A DNA stretch of 36,497 nt from positions 1 to 36,497 of the IMG/VR virus record IMGVR_UViG_3300038321_000041, one strand, 5' to 3'. Origin of the DNA: a virus (Duplodnaviria; Caudoviricetes). Shown in pieces: positions 19,562 through 28,432 of the stretch. Below the pieces are notes generated by a model. The model made no database searches, was not told the origin of the DNA, and saw only the letters and a program-made list of their open reading frames with translations. The position numbers were made by a program, and so were the translations under genes. How positions within the stretch are numbered: position 1 is the first letter of the stretch; each line of letters begins with the position of its first letter.

Positions 19562-20780
19562 TTGTTACATCAACTCCGTTTCTTTTTATCTTTAGGTCGG
19601 GGTCTAATTTAATCATTCTGTTTACTATTACATCACAATACTTAGGGTCGAGTTCCATTCCATAACATTTGCGTTTGAGTTGGTGTGAAGCTACCATTGT
19701 TGATCCTGAGCCGAGAAATAAATCAAGGACCTTACCACCTTGCTTGCTCCCATCCGCAATTCCTTTTTCGCATAGTGGAATTGGCTTCATTGTCGGGTGC
19801 AAATCATTCTTTCCAGTTCTTGCAATATCCCATATGTCCATTCCATTATTTCCACCGTAGAAATTATGCTCGTCTACCCATCCGTAAAAAATAGGTTCGT
19901 ACTTGCTCATGTAATCACTATTGCTTAGTGTATGATTCCCTTTATTCCAAATTATCAAAGCTCTATATTGCAGACCTACTCTCTTCATGCTTGCAAAATA
20001 CTTGTCTATTCCTAATCTGTAGAATGAAATATAAAAAGCCCCTTTGCAAAATAGAATTATATTTGAGTTAATTGCATCTAAAAAATCATCGCCATCGCTG
20101 TCCGACATTTTATCATTTTTTATTCCACCATGTTTTGAATTAAAGCTCTTGCTCCCATCGGCATGAATTCCACCTGTAAAATCCATTAAATACGGTGGGT
20201 CAGTAAACACCATATCCGCTTTTTCACTATTCATAAGCTTTGCAACACTATCGCTGTCTGTACTATCCCCACAAAGTAACCTATGCTCCCCAATTTCATA
20301 TAAATCCCCTAATACAGTTTTTGGTTCTTCTGGAAGTTCAACATCATAGTCATCTTCAACGGCTTCCAATTCTTCTTCTTCTTCTCCCCACTCCGCAGGC
20401 AAATCAACCCCCCAATATTCCAGCTCTTCATGGCTCCAGTTGTCTTTTAATATATCCCAACTCCACTCGCCATACCCTATATTATCTTTTATAATAAATT
20501 CATTCCTCTGCTCCTCAGTCCAATCATCAGCAATCATTACCCAACTATCAGGAATATCTTTATATTTTAATTCCTGTAAAGCCTTTAACCTCATGTTACC
20601 ACCCAAAGGATATAGTTTGCCATCATCTGTATCCGTGACGCAAACAAGAGGTCTCTTTTCCATCATCTCTGGAAAGTCCTTTAAAGACTGAACAAGTTTT
20701 TTAAACTTATCATCCTTTATAGTTCTTGGATTTGTCGGATTCGTTTTTAATTCGGATAATTTCATGTTGCCTCTCTTCAA
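19548..20780 (-). CDS. ParB/Srx-domain DNA (N6-A/N4-C) methyltransferase fusion
   Basis: N-terminal NPR...GGNMRL.A; HRLLCGDS, TDPPY, HPTMKP, LDLFLGSGST; probable start ATG 20765. Confidence 0.93.
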   Translation of the reverse strand: MKRGNMKLSELKTNPTNPRTIKDDKFKKLVQSLKDFPEMMEKRPLVCVTDTDDGKLYPLGGNMRLKALQELKYKDIPDSWVMIADDWTEEQRNEFIIKDNIGYGEWSWDILKDNWSHEELEYWGVDLPAEWGEEEEELEAVEDDYDVELPEEPKTVLGDLYEIGEHRLLCGDSTDSDSVAKLMNSEKADMVFTDPPYLMDFTGGIHADGSKSFNSKHGGIKNDKMSDSDGDDFLDAINSNIILFCKGAFYISFYRLGIDKYFASMKRVGLQYRALIIWNKGNHTLSNSDYMSKYEPIFYGWVDEHNFYGGNNGMDIWDIARTGKNDLHPTMKPIPLCEKGIADGSKQGGKVLDLFLGSGSTMVASHQLKRKCYGMELDPKYCDVIVNRMIKLDPDLKIKRNGVDVTNEWN

Positions 20781-20794
20781 TATTTTTCATGCGC

Positions 20795-20826
20795 CAAACG
20801 TAAGCATTTTAAATTAATAAACCAAA
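20795..20826 (-). promoter_or_regulatory. Bacteroidota sigmaA-type promoter of the MTase-MetK-packaging-structural operon
   Basis: TTTG (20826-20823) - 20 nt - TACGTTTG (20802-20795), 30 nt before ATG 20765. Confidence 0.75.
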
Positions 20827-21065
20827 TAAATTGGGATTATTTTTCAACTATTTTTTTTAATTATTTTCAGGTTAGAGCGTTGGTTTTTTTAGGCTATACG
20901 CTGTAATATAGTGTAGCAAACGGTTTCAGCGTTTTTCGAGTATCAAGAATATTTTGTTCGGGTAAAAAATTATTTTCTAAAAATAAAAATAATTCGGTTA
21001 ATTGGTTGTTTTTTAAATCGTTACGAGCGAAAAAGTATACCAATTATTATTTTATTTTATTTCAT

Positions 21066-21210
21066 AAAACTATATAGAGAAAGCCCTATTGTATATATAT
21101 AGTTTAGTATAATATTTTAATAATAATAATAATATATAGATTAATATAGTGATTATTAAGTAGTTATGAGTGATTTTTAACTATTATTTTATTTTATACT
21201 TTATAATTAA
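21066..21210 (+). repeat. Left copy of ~145-bp diverged inverted repeat
   Basis: Aligns with reverse complement of 36023-36166. Confidence 0.9.
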
Positions 21211-21477
21211 CTTTATTCATTTCTCCTCTTAATTCTATGAAGCAACACTTCATAAACCTGATACAAACACTTGACGCACAACAAATTACCCTGATGCAAA
21301 ACAAAACCAGCTAACACGAACCTTGACGCAACCAACCTCGAAAAAATTATTTTTACACTCAAAAACACCGAAAAACCGTAGTTAATGGATATTAAAAAAC
21401 ACGTCTATTCCTATAATGGAGGTTAAATTCATGTTAACTTTTGTAAAACCAGTCCTCGAAAAAGACCGTTTTCGGTT

Positions 21478-21610
21478 AAAATATCTTTAAAAAGTGCGAA
21501 AAAGTGGAGAAAAACAGCGAAAAAAGTGCCAAAAATGGGTAAAAAACGGGTAAAAAACGGGTAAAAACAGCGAAAAAGTGACTAAAAATCGAGTGAAAGA
21601 GCCGCGAAAA
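21478..21610. repeat. Helically phased A-tract array (predicted curved DNA)
   Basis: A4-6 runs starting 21478, 21489, 21499, 21510, 21520, 21531, 21541, 21552, 21563, 21573, 21584. Confidence 0.85.
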
Positions 21611-21695
21611 TCAAACATTGCCCATGATACCGCATGAAAAAAAAGATCGATTTTCACTAAAAAACCGACCCTTTAAATCAAATGCCTCTGATATT

Positions 21696-21977
21696 TCACT
21701 CGAAATACCGCTCAATCGTCCACTCAAATTCCTCCTTATCATCAATAAATCTATGAGAGTACCCCAAGAATTTCGCCCAAAACCGTTGCTCCTCTGATGC
21801 AACCCCCTTGCCATCCGGTCGCTTAAATTCGACAAATAAACATTTACCTCCCTCCTGGATGAACATGTAATCCGGGATTCCCTTATGCTTGTTCTTCTCC
21901 AGCTTCACCGCTACAAGTCCTTTTTGACGTGCGATATTACAGCACTCCTGTTCGAGGATTAACTCTGATTTTTTCAT
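21696..21977 (-). CDS. VRR-NUC domain nuclease
   Basis: E..LEQ, GIPD, LFVEFK, S.EQ..W motifs. Confidence 0.9.
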   Translation of the reverse strand: MKKSELILEQECCNIARQKGLVAVKLEKNKHKGIPDYMFIQEGGKCLFVEFKRPDGKGVASEEQRFWAKFLGYSHRFIDDKEEFEWTIERYFE

Positions 21978-22585
21978 TCTCTACCCTACTCTGTTGTATT
22001 AATCCTACTCTTGCATAACGTTACTATCACGCCTACAAGTCCAAGCAGCAATCCCCATAGAAACCCTTTTACGAAAGGTCTATTCTTGCTTTGATAAATC
22101 ATACCTCCAGCTATTCCGCATACTACCCAAAATATTAATGCTTCCATAATTTTTGTTTTTATTTGTTACTGTTATCGTAATATCTTCTGTCATGTTATTC
22201 AGTTATTAAACATTTCTTCATTTATTTAAATATCTTTCGCTCCTCGATCTCAATTCCTATCTCTTCTCCCGCCCTCTTTGCCTTCTTCATCCCCTCGCTC
22301 CATCCTAAGTCCGTATAAAACACTTGCTTTTCGGCTACTTTAAGCCAATCTAAGCCAGCTCCTATTCCTTGCTTACGTTCGTCAGGGTTAAGGTCGTTCA
22401 ACACCTGCGTGTAAAGCAAATGGCTTGCAATAGGTGATTCTCCACGTCTCAACGAATCCAATAAGCATTTTCGTGCATAGGTCAGGTTGAACTCGACATC
22501 CCCTGCGTAAGGAGATTCTAATACCACTAATTTTTTTTGCCGTGCGATATTACAGCACTCCTGTTCGAGGATTAACTCTGATTTT
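21921..22585. repeat. 52-bp direct repeat pair (21921-21972; 22534-22585)
   Basis: 51/52 identical; encodes KSELILEQECCNIARQK in two genes. Confidence 0.95.
21986..22147 (-). CDS. 53-aa two-TM membrane protein
   Basis: Below ORF-track cutoff; MEALIFWVVCGIAGGMIYQSKNRPFVKGFLWGLLLGLVGVIVTLCKSRINTTE, A-rich leader. Confidence 0.7.
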   Translation of the reverse strand: MEALIFWVVCGIAGGMIYQSKNRPFVKGFLWGLLLGLVGVIVTLCKSRINTTE

Positions 22586-22602
22586 GCGTGTTTCTTAGTC
22601 AT
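22222..22602 (-). CDS. Nucleoside 2-deoxyribosyltransferase-like (DUF4406/DUF7768-type) protein
   Basis: ESPYAGDVE.N..YAR, PIASHLLY.Q.L.D, SEGM motifs. Confidence 0.7.
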   Translation of the reverse strand: MTKKHAKSELILEQECCNIARQKKLVVLESPYAGDVEFNLTYARKCLLDSLRRGESPIASHLLYTQVLNDLNPDERKQGIGAGLDWLKVAEKQVFYTDLGWSEGMKKAKRAGEEIGIEIEERKIFK

Positions 22603-22607
22603 TGTTG

Positions 22608-22898
22608 TTATTTTTTATCTTTTAATTCATGTTCTATAACCTCCCCTGTATCACCATTAATGATTTCATGCCTTAGAATATCCGTTTTGCCGTCATCAAT
22701 CCAATCAAACCATCCCTCTAATATATCGGTATTTAATTTCCCATCAGTTGACTCAGGATGCTTTTTGCGAATCTCTGATATAGCAGCATTGTATGAGAAT
22801 AACCATTTAACGAAGCAAATAGAAAGGTCTTCTATATTTTCATTATTGACTATATTGCATACCTGTTTTAATGTTTTAATTTCATATTTCTTTTCCAT
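22608..22898 (-). CDS. Hypothetical protein
   Basis: 96-aa ORF tightly packed in operon. Confidence 0.7.
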   Translation of the reverse strand: MEKKYEIKTLKQVCNIVNNENIEDLSICFVKWLFSYNAAISEIRKKHPESTDGKLNTDILEGWFDWIDDGKTDILRHEIINGDTGEVIEHELKDKK

Positions 22899-22913
22899 GT
22901 TGTTTATAATTTT

Positions 22914-23228
22914 TCAACCGTTCTCCGCCACAACTTCATTAATCTTATCCCTCAATCTTAAGCTTTCCTTTTCCCCGTACTCGAGGTAGTCATTAAACTT
23001 CTTGATGCCGCTCCAGACTGTCGCATGTGAGCGGTTTGACTGCCTTGCAATGTCGCTCAGCCTTATCCCCTCCCTATGCATGTAATGCCAAATAGCCATC
23101 CTTTTAATCGTGTACTGCTCTGACCTGTTTGCAATCTTAAGGTCACCGAATCCAGCCTTTTCGCAAATCTCGTCGAAAGACGGCACTTTTGAGTTAATCG
23201 TTGATGTACGTGTGTTTCTTGATCTCAT
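22914..23228 (-). CDS. HTH protein resembling DnaA C-terminal DNA-binding domain
   Basis: R.AIWHY....LSDIAR..NRSHATV..GIKK resembles DnaA domain IV RDHTTV signature. Confidence 0.65.
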   Translation of the reverse strand: MRSRNTRTSTINSKVPSFDEICEKAGFGDLKIANRSEQYTIKRMAIWHYMHREGIRLSDIARQSNRSHATVWSGIKKFNDYLEYGEKESLRLRDKINEVVAENG

Positions 23229-23365
23229 ACTATTTCTCCTTTATTGTTTAATCTTTTTACTTTGCCCTGTTCTAAATAATACTTGCCCATTGACGTGTCT
23301 ACTTCACCATTGTTTTTAGCCATGTTCGGCTTTTGCTTCTTTCCAGATATTTTTCTTTTTTTCAT
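23225..23365 (-). CDS. 46-aa basic hypothetical protein
   Basis: Read manually; fills the gap and ends in ATGA overlap with next gene. Confidence 0.5.
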   Translation of the reverse strand: MKKRKISGKKQKPNMAKNNGEVDTSMGKYYLEQGKVKRLNNKGEIV

Positions 23366-23373
23366 TGCTTTAT

Positions 23374-23562
23374 TCATTCAATTTCTTTTACCCACGCCTC
23401 GTTATCAACGATGATTATTCTACCCTCCCATCCACAATTGGTGCATCTTGCAGGGTCACCATCGAAGAAAAAATCATCCTCCGCTTCCGTAAATGCCTCA
23501 AATTCGCCCCGGCATTCAGGGCATTCAAACCATTCTATTGGTTTCCATTTCTTATCGCTCAT
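23374..23562 (-). CDS. Small zinc-ribbon protein
   Basis: CPEC...CTNC; start ATG 23562 preferred. Confidence 0.65.
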   Translation of the reverse strand: MSDKKWKPIEWFECPECRGEFEAFTEAEDDFFFDGDPARCTNCGWEGRIIIVDNEAWVKEIE

Positions 23563-24058
23563 ATCCGTGATTTTTTGGATTATCGTCATATAACCCGATT
23601 TCTTCATCACCCTGCATCGTGTCAATCAGGGCTTGCTTTTGTTTATTTTTATCGTGAATATTGCCGATTACCTCCAATTCGTAATAGCGAAAAAGTGGGT
23701 ATCTATCTGAAATGATTTGCCCATCTTTATACTCCCGTAGCCCATATGAGGCATAATTATCGAGCCATGTTATGACGCCAGTTTCATTGCAGTTATTGCA
23801 TATATCACCCTCGTATATCTCAACCCCGTTTTTGTCTTTCAGTCCTGTAAACTGACCGATTGTTTCGGGAATAACTTCGTAATTTGCATAACCGCCCATA
23901 TTCCAATCCCCTGCTTCCCATTGCCAAATTCTATGATAAGTTTTATGATGTTTAGTCTTAAAACACTCATTATGGTCATCTTCTCTCATCTGTGTATAGC
24001 TGCCATATACCCATACATTATTATCAACTATCTGACCTCTGAATTTTATTTCTCTCAT
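23552..24058 (-). CDS. YopX-family protein
   Basis: MREIKFRG, QFTGLKDKNG.EIYEGDI, EVIGNIHD. Confidence 0.92.
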   Translation of the reverse strand: MREIKFRGQIVDNNVWVYGSYTQMREDDHNECFKTKHHKTYHRIWQWEAGDWNMGGYANYEVIPETIGQFTGLKDKNGVEIYEGDICNNCNETGVITWLDNYASYGLREYKDGQIISDRYPLFRYYELEVIGNIHDKNKQKQALIDTMQGDEEIGLYDDNPKNHGYER

Positions 24059-24082
24059 TACTTCTCGTTTTTTAGTTCGTTT

Positions 24083-24439
24083 TCAATACTTTTTGCCGTG
24101 CATCCTTTCACGGGTTGCGTTATACTTCATCTTCAACTCAATATGCCTCTCGATATTTATGCCTTTCGCTCCGCACAGGTCGAGGATTCGGATAACTGTG
24201 TCCGCCAACTCGTCCTCGAATGTATCTTTTATGAAAGTTTCAAATATATCGCCGTGAGCAATTCCTCTGTCAAATTTGTCCAGGTTGGCTACTCTGCCTT
24301 TTCTATCAGCTTCCAATGCTTCGGAAAGTTCGCTCACGCACAACATCAATAGCGTTCCGGTCTCTCTTTGGTTATCCCAAAATCCTTTATTCTTTGCGTT
24401 TTCGTGTATTTCATCACGTAGTTTGTTTAATGTTCTCAT
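24083..24439 (-). CDS. MazG-like all-alpha NTP pyrophosphohydrolase
   Basis: SELSEALEA ... EDELAD.VIR..DL motif. Confidence 0.8.
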   Translation of the reverse strand: MRTLNKLRDEIHENAKNKGFWDNQRETGTLLMLCVSELSEALEADRKGRVANLDKFDRGIAHGDIFETFIKDTFEDELADTVIRILDLCGAKGINIERHIELKMKYNATRERMHGKKY

Positions 24440-24453
24440 ATCCTTTGTTTTAA

Positions 24454-24834
24454 TTATTCTATCGGTCTCCAGCCGATAACCTTATAATCATCATCCCATT
24501 CAGCTTCTCCGTTAATATCCCCATAGCAATTAGCCCACACGTAACCCCATCCACCTTCGTCATCTGGGATAAAAACTAGACACATCACCTGCGTCTCGGT
24601 AAAACCTTCAACTTGCGCCAACACATTATTGCTGTAATCACAACCGGGTAGTAATTCCGGCAATTCCTCTTTCGGGTCTCTCCAACGAATGGCTTCGTTA
24701 TAACCATCCATAAATGATTTGTGAGCAACCCCTAAAAGTTGTGGCAGGATATAAAATCCACTGTGATTAGAATTTGTCAATTCCTCTCTTTGTAATTCTT
24801 TAACAAAAACTATTGCTTTTTCTTCTATTGTCAT
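24454..24834 (-). CDS. DUF551-like phage protein
   Basis: WRDPKEELPE ... VIGWRPI. Confidence 0.7.
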   Translation of the reverse strand: MTIEEKAIVFVKELQREELTNSNHSGFYILPQLLGVAHKSFMDGYNEAIRWRDPKEELPELLPGCDYSNNVLAQVEGFTETQVMCLVFIPDDEGGWGYVWANCYGDINGEAEWDDDYKVIGWRPIE

Positions 24835-24847
24835 AATCCCTCCTGTT

Positions 24848-24958
24848 TTAATAAATCAATCCCAATACCGCCATCACTAAAATATACCCTCCAGCGATAA
24901 GGCAGAACCACATCATCGCTCTACCTTTTTTGCCTAAGCCATTAAATAGTCTTTTCAT
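24848..24958 (-). CDS. 36-aa single-TM peptide
   Basis: Read manually: MKRLFNGLGKKGRAMMWFCLIAGGYILVMAVLGLIY. Confidence 0.5.
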   Translation of the reverse strand: MKRLFNGLGKKGRAMMWFCLIAGGYILVMAVLGLIY

Positions 24959-25229
24959 TGTTTTTCTTTATTAAATCGTTCATTACTTCATTGAATTTTT
25001 CGTTAAATTCTTCCTTCGTTGTCGGCTTAAACGACAACCATTCTTCTGGCATATCCATATATTGTATCTGCTTGGAGAAGCTGTAATCAGCTACCATTAT
25101 ACCTTTGTTCCTGTCAAAGAACTTAATAAATACGCATCCATCTTTCACGTAATAAGGAAAACTGATCTCTAATTCTTTAACCTCTTCACGGCTTACCGTT
25201 ACTCTGATTTTTTCTATTTTTACTTCCAT
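24942..25229 (-). CDS. Hypothetical protein
   Basis: ATG 25229 follows the conserved TAGTAATAATCAA leader. Confidence 0.7.
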   Translation of the reverse strand: MEVKIEKIRVTVSREEVKELEISFPYYVKDGCVFIKFFDRNKGIMVADYSFSKQIQYMDMPEEWLSFKPTTKEEFNEKFNEVMNDLIKKNNEKTI

Positions 25230-25267
25230 AACTTTAATTTTTAATTGATTATTACTATTTAAATTTT

Positions 25268-25295
25268 TAAGCAGTTTTGCGACTTGCTTAGGTCG
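25268..25295 (-). ncRNA. Predicted H-type RNA pseudoknot, copy 1
   Basis: CGAC C UAAGCA A GUCG CAAAAC UGCUUA; covaries with 35436-35463. Confidence 0.7.
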
Positions 25296-25308
25296 TGTCA
25301 TGTTTGAA

Positions 25309-25644
25309 TTATGCCTCTTCTGATTCTATAAGGTAGTCTGCAACCTGCTTTGCAATTGACTCCATACGTCTACGCTCATCGGCGTTGCAATACCCTCCTC
25401 GTCCTTCCATCACGCTATAATTATTGAGATCGATGTACAGGCTTGTCCCCCTTGACCACTTGTTACTGCGTCCGTACTTCAGGTTAAGATATAATCTGCT
25501 CACTTCTTCATCCTTCTTTCCCCAAGCTGCCGCGGAAAAATTGTACCAATACTCTTGATAGCCCGTTGTCTGTAGTCCTTCGCTCTGTGCCAATTCGTTT
25601 GCCAACTTAATTGCTGCTTCGATTCTTTCTTGCATTGTCTTCAT
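25309..25644 (-). CDS. Hypothetical early protein
   Basis: 111 aa, first gene after promoter 25694-25724. Confidence 0.75.
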   Translation of the reverse strand: MKTMQERIEAAIKLANELAQSEGLQTTGYQEYWYNFSAAAWGKKDEEVSRLYLNLKYGRSNKWSRGTSLYIDLNNYSVMEGRGGYCNADERRRMESIAKQVADYLIESEEA

Positions 25645-25693
25645 AACTTGTTACTTTTTATTTGATTATTACTATTACTCTAACTGAACACTA

Positions 25694-25724
25694 CAAAGAT
25701 ACAGAATAGTTTTGATATACCAAA
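25694..25724 (-). promoter_or_regulatory. Early promoter with GTATATCAAAA box
   Basis: TTTG-GTATATCAAAA (19-nt spacer)-TATCTTTG. Confidence 0.85.
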
Positions 25725-25779
25725 ATAAAACACTAATTAATTATGTTAATAAATACTAAATATAATGTTAATTCAGGGA

Positions 25780-27153
25780 TTATTTAGTTAAATCGATAAA
25801 TTCTTGCAATAATTCTTGTTTATTTTGAAGCGAACTATATTTTTTCACCTCAACCGTATTTTTAGCGACAAACGAGTGAATTTGTACGCCCCTCTTCTGC
25901 CCTTGCCTGATAAGCCTTGCACAACCTTGCGACCATAATTCAGCATCATAAGGAAGTGAACTCCACACCATCATACGTGCACCAGAGGTATGCATGTTGA
26001 GACCATGTCCAGCGGATGCAGGATTGGCAATCAAAACCTCTATATCTCTGTTATTCCACTTATTGATAGCATTTTTGCCCTTAATATCAGCAAACTTTAT
26101 ATGCTCCTTCTTCAACTTTTCCTGTAACCATTCACGCTCCTCAATAAAAGCATAAAACAGTAAAACCTGTTCACCCTCTGACACCGCCCTTGCAACAAAC
26201 TCAACTACCTCATCTAACTTTGTTGAGTGCTCACCTCTCTTAACTTCACGTAATCCAGTCTTCACATCGTCCACATAAACAAAACCATTACACAGTGTTT
26301 GGAGTTTTGCAAACTTTTGGTTCTCACTGAATGCTATCACCTCATCATTTAATTGCACCGACAACATCGTGTTGAGCCTCAGGTATTCGTTCATCTCTGG
26401 CTCTGATAATTCCACCACATGAGGAATATAACTAACCTCGGGTACTTCTAACCAGTCGGAGCTGTCAAGTGTAAATATATGCTTCTTGTACGGTGCGATA
26501 AGGTCCTTTAACGGTGTTACATTTTGCCACTTCTGAAATTTCAATCCAGCACCCGCCAGGACATCCCTGAAATGTGTTGCCCTCCACCTATAAAAACCTC
26601 GATTAATATCCTTTTGCGGTGCATTATTGCCAAACCCAACCGCCACTAATTGACCGTATATGTCAATCGCTGAATTGGTAATAAAAGTACCTGTTAAGCC
26701 GATCCTCTGCTTTGCGTTGATCTTATAAACCGATTTGCTTCTGCCAGCATCATGATTCTTATATGATGTCAACTCATCCATCACTAATAAATCAAATTCT
26801 AATTTCATATCTGAAATATCACCTACATTATCCCGTGTAACGATAAGATACTTATTATTATCGTACGCTTCACGGATAATCTCTAACCGCTTCTTTTTAT
26901 TGTAGTGCCAGCAAATAACCAATTTATCATGCAAATCGTGCAAATTCCACTTGATGCACTCCTGCTTCCATACATGATTCGCCACGAACTTGGGTGCAAT
27001 AATAATGCATGATTTTGGTTTTGCTTCATTGATATAGTGAAGGACGGATGCTGATTTTCCTAACCCACAGCCGACCGCTAAGATAGCTTTCGGTTCTTTT
27101 TTACAAAACTCTATTATTCTCTTTTGATAGTTATATAATTTTAGGTTGCTCAT
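25780..27153 (-). CDS. SNF2-family (SF2) helicase/ATPase
   Basis: GCGLGKS, VMDE, GLTGT, SAGHGLN, Q..ARL.RQGQ; ORF track extends to 27183. Confidence 0.92.
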   Translation of the reverse strand: MSNLKLYNYQKRIIEFCKKEPKAILAVGCGLGKSASVLHYINEAKPKSCIIIAPKFVANHVWKQECIKWNLHDLHDKLVICWHYNKKKRLEIIREAYDNNKYLIVTRDNVGDISDMKLEFDLLVMDELTSYKNHDAGRSKSVYKINAKQRIGLTGTFITNSAIDIYGQLVAVGFGNNAPQKDINRGFYRWRATHFRDVLAGAGLKFQKWQNVTPLKDLIAPYKKHIFTLDSSDWLEVPEVSYIPHVVELSEPEMNEYLRLNTMLSVQLNDEVIAFSENQKFAKLQTLCNGFVYVDDVKTGLREVKRGEHSTKLDEVVEFVARAVSEGEQVLLFYAFIEEREWLQEKLKKEHIKFADIKGKNAINKWNNRDIEVLIANPASAGHGLNMHTSGARMMVWSSLPYDAELWSQGCARLIRQGQKRGVQIHSFVAKNTVEVKKYSSLQNKQELLQEFIDLTK

Positions 27154-27163
27154 TTTATTACTG

Positions 27164-27463
27164 TCATTTTTTCTTATACTCAAAAATCATCATCTCACTC
27201 CCATCGCCACCTCTCATTTCATTAACCTTATTTTGAAATTTCAAGTCAAGCGGCCGGTTATGCGTATATACCTGATACATTATTATGTCTTTATCCTCTT
27301 TTTGCCAAATACCTCTCATCTTATTTAGCAATTCGTTTTTCGCCTGCCTTAATATCTTATCTTTGACATTATCATTTATCCTGTCAGGCTCATAAACCGT
27401 ATCGAACTCACCGTGATAGGTGTGAGGATCGCTTTTGAATTTTGCGCTAAAATGGTAAATCAT
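27164..27463 (-). CDS. Hypothetical protein
   Basis: 99-aa ORF in operon. Confidence 0.65.
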   Translation of the reverse strand: MIYHFSAKFKSDPHTYHGEFDTVYEPDRINDNVKDKILRQAKNELLNKMRGIWQKEDKDIIMYQVYTHNRPLDLKFQNKVNEMRGGDGSEMMIFEYKKK

Positions 27464-27465
27464 TA

Positions 27466-28116
27466 TTAGAATAGTGTTAATTGTTTCTGATGGTTGATTA
27501 ACCTTTTCTTCGCCATCTCGTAATAATCCTTATCTAACTCAATAGCTGTTAAATCAAATTTCAAGTCGTGGCAAGCTATTCCTATACTTAGGCTACCGAA
27601 GTGAGTGTCTAAAATTGTGTCACCCTCTTTGGCGTAATTTTGGAGTAGCCATTTGTAGAGTTGGACGGGTTTTTGAGTTGGGTGTATTCGCTCCTCTTTA
27701 TTTTTCATATTCCCTTGAATCATGCCATTCCATGTAAACTCATAAAATCTTACCGAATTGTGTGTTGAACAAATAGCTATTTCCCCCTCACCAAAGGCTG
27801 TTCCGTTCTTGTTCCATGCTATAACGCCACCTTTTAAGCCAAAATAATTTCCGCCCCAAACAATTTGATTTTTACTTACTCTTTTAAGTTCTTCCCAATA
27901 TTCTGGCGTTGGCGCAATGTTTTTAAATACCTTGTATTTGGTCCGTTTACTTGCTTGTTTTTTTACCCCTGTGTTATCTTTTAGCCCTATTGCATCATTA
28001 TTCTCGTAAGGCGGATCAACTATGGCTAACGAAAACTGCTTATCTTCAAAAGTTTTCATCACTTCCATACAATCGGCATTGTACAGCTTTATGTTTCCTA
28101 ATTGTTCAAATTTCAT
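27466..28116 (-). CDS. DNA (N6-A/N4-C) methyltransferase
   Basis: VDPPY, HPTQKP, LDTHFGS.S, IELD motifs. Confidence 0.92.
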   Translation of the reverse strand: MKFEQLGNIKLYNADCMEVMKTFEDKQFSLAIVDPPYENNDAIGLKDNTGVKKQASKRTKYKVFKNIAPTPEYWEELKRVSKNQIVWGGNYFGLKGGVIAWNKNGTAFGEGEIAICSTHNSVRFYEFTWNGMIQGNMKNKEERIHPTQKPVQLYKWLLQNYAKEGDTILDTHFGSLSIGIACHDLKFDLTAIELDKDYYEMAKKRLINHQKQLTLF

Positions 28117-28141
28117 ATTATCCTACTTTTAAAATGGTAAA

Positions 28142-28384
28142 TCATTCTTTAATAAGTTCTAAACATTCTTCACCGACTGATACTATTATTTCCCCTGTCT
28201 TTTTCCCTAATGAGTAAGTCCATACTTCTGTTTTAGTATTATACATAATCTGTAGAATTACTCCCTCTTTATTAATGTGCCACCCATCAATCACTAAAAC
28301 TTTATCCCCATAATTAAATTTGTGATTAGTTTTTGATGTTATATAGGGTTCCTTTGTTTTTTCTGTATTGCCTTTTTGTTTCAT
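28142..28384 (-). CDS. Small KOW/SH3-like protein
   Basis: FNYGDKVLVIDG......G.I motif; flanked by 23-bp direct repeats. Confidence 0.6.
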   Translation of the reverse strand: MKQKGNTEKTKEPYITSKTNHKFNYGDKVLVIDGWHINKEGVILQIMYNTKTEVWTYSLGKKTGEIIVSVGEECLELIKE

Positions 28385-28432
28385 AATATTTATTCTTTTT
28401 TTTAAATTACTTCTATTATTGTACTGCTCCTT

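Noticed and set aside
20830-21060. AAAATAAT/ATTATTTT words as iterons
   Set aside because: They recur near both repeats but cannot be separated from AT-rich background without statistics
21066-21105. Protelomerase (telRL) site
   Set aside because: Palindrome is short and imperfect and no protelomerase gene is visible
21478-21610. CRISPR or mini-array
   Set aside because: Units are ~10.5 bp with no constant 25-45 bp repeat or unique spacers
21611-21835. 74-aa minus-strand ORF
   Set aside because: Overlaps the VRR-NUC gene out of frame and runs into non-coding DNA; no motif
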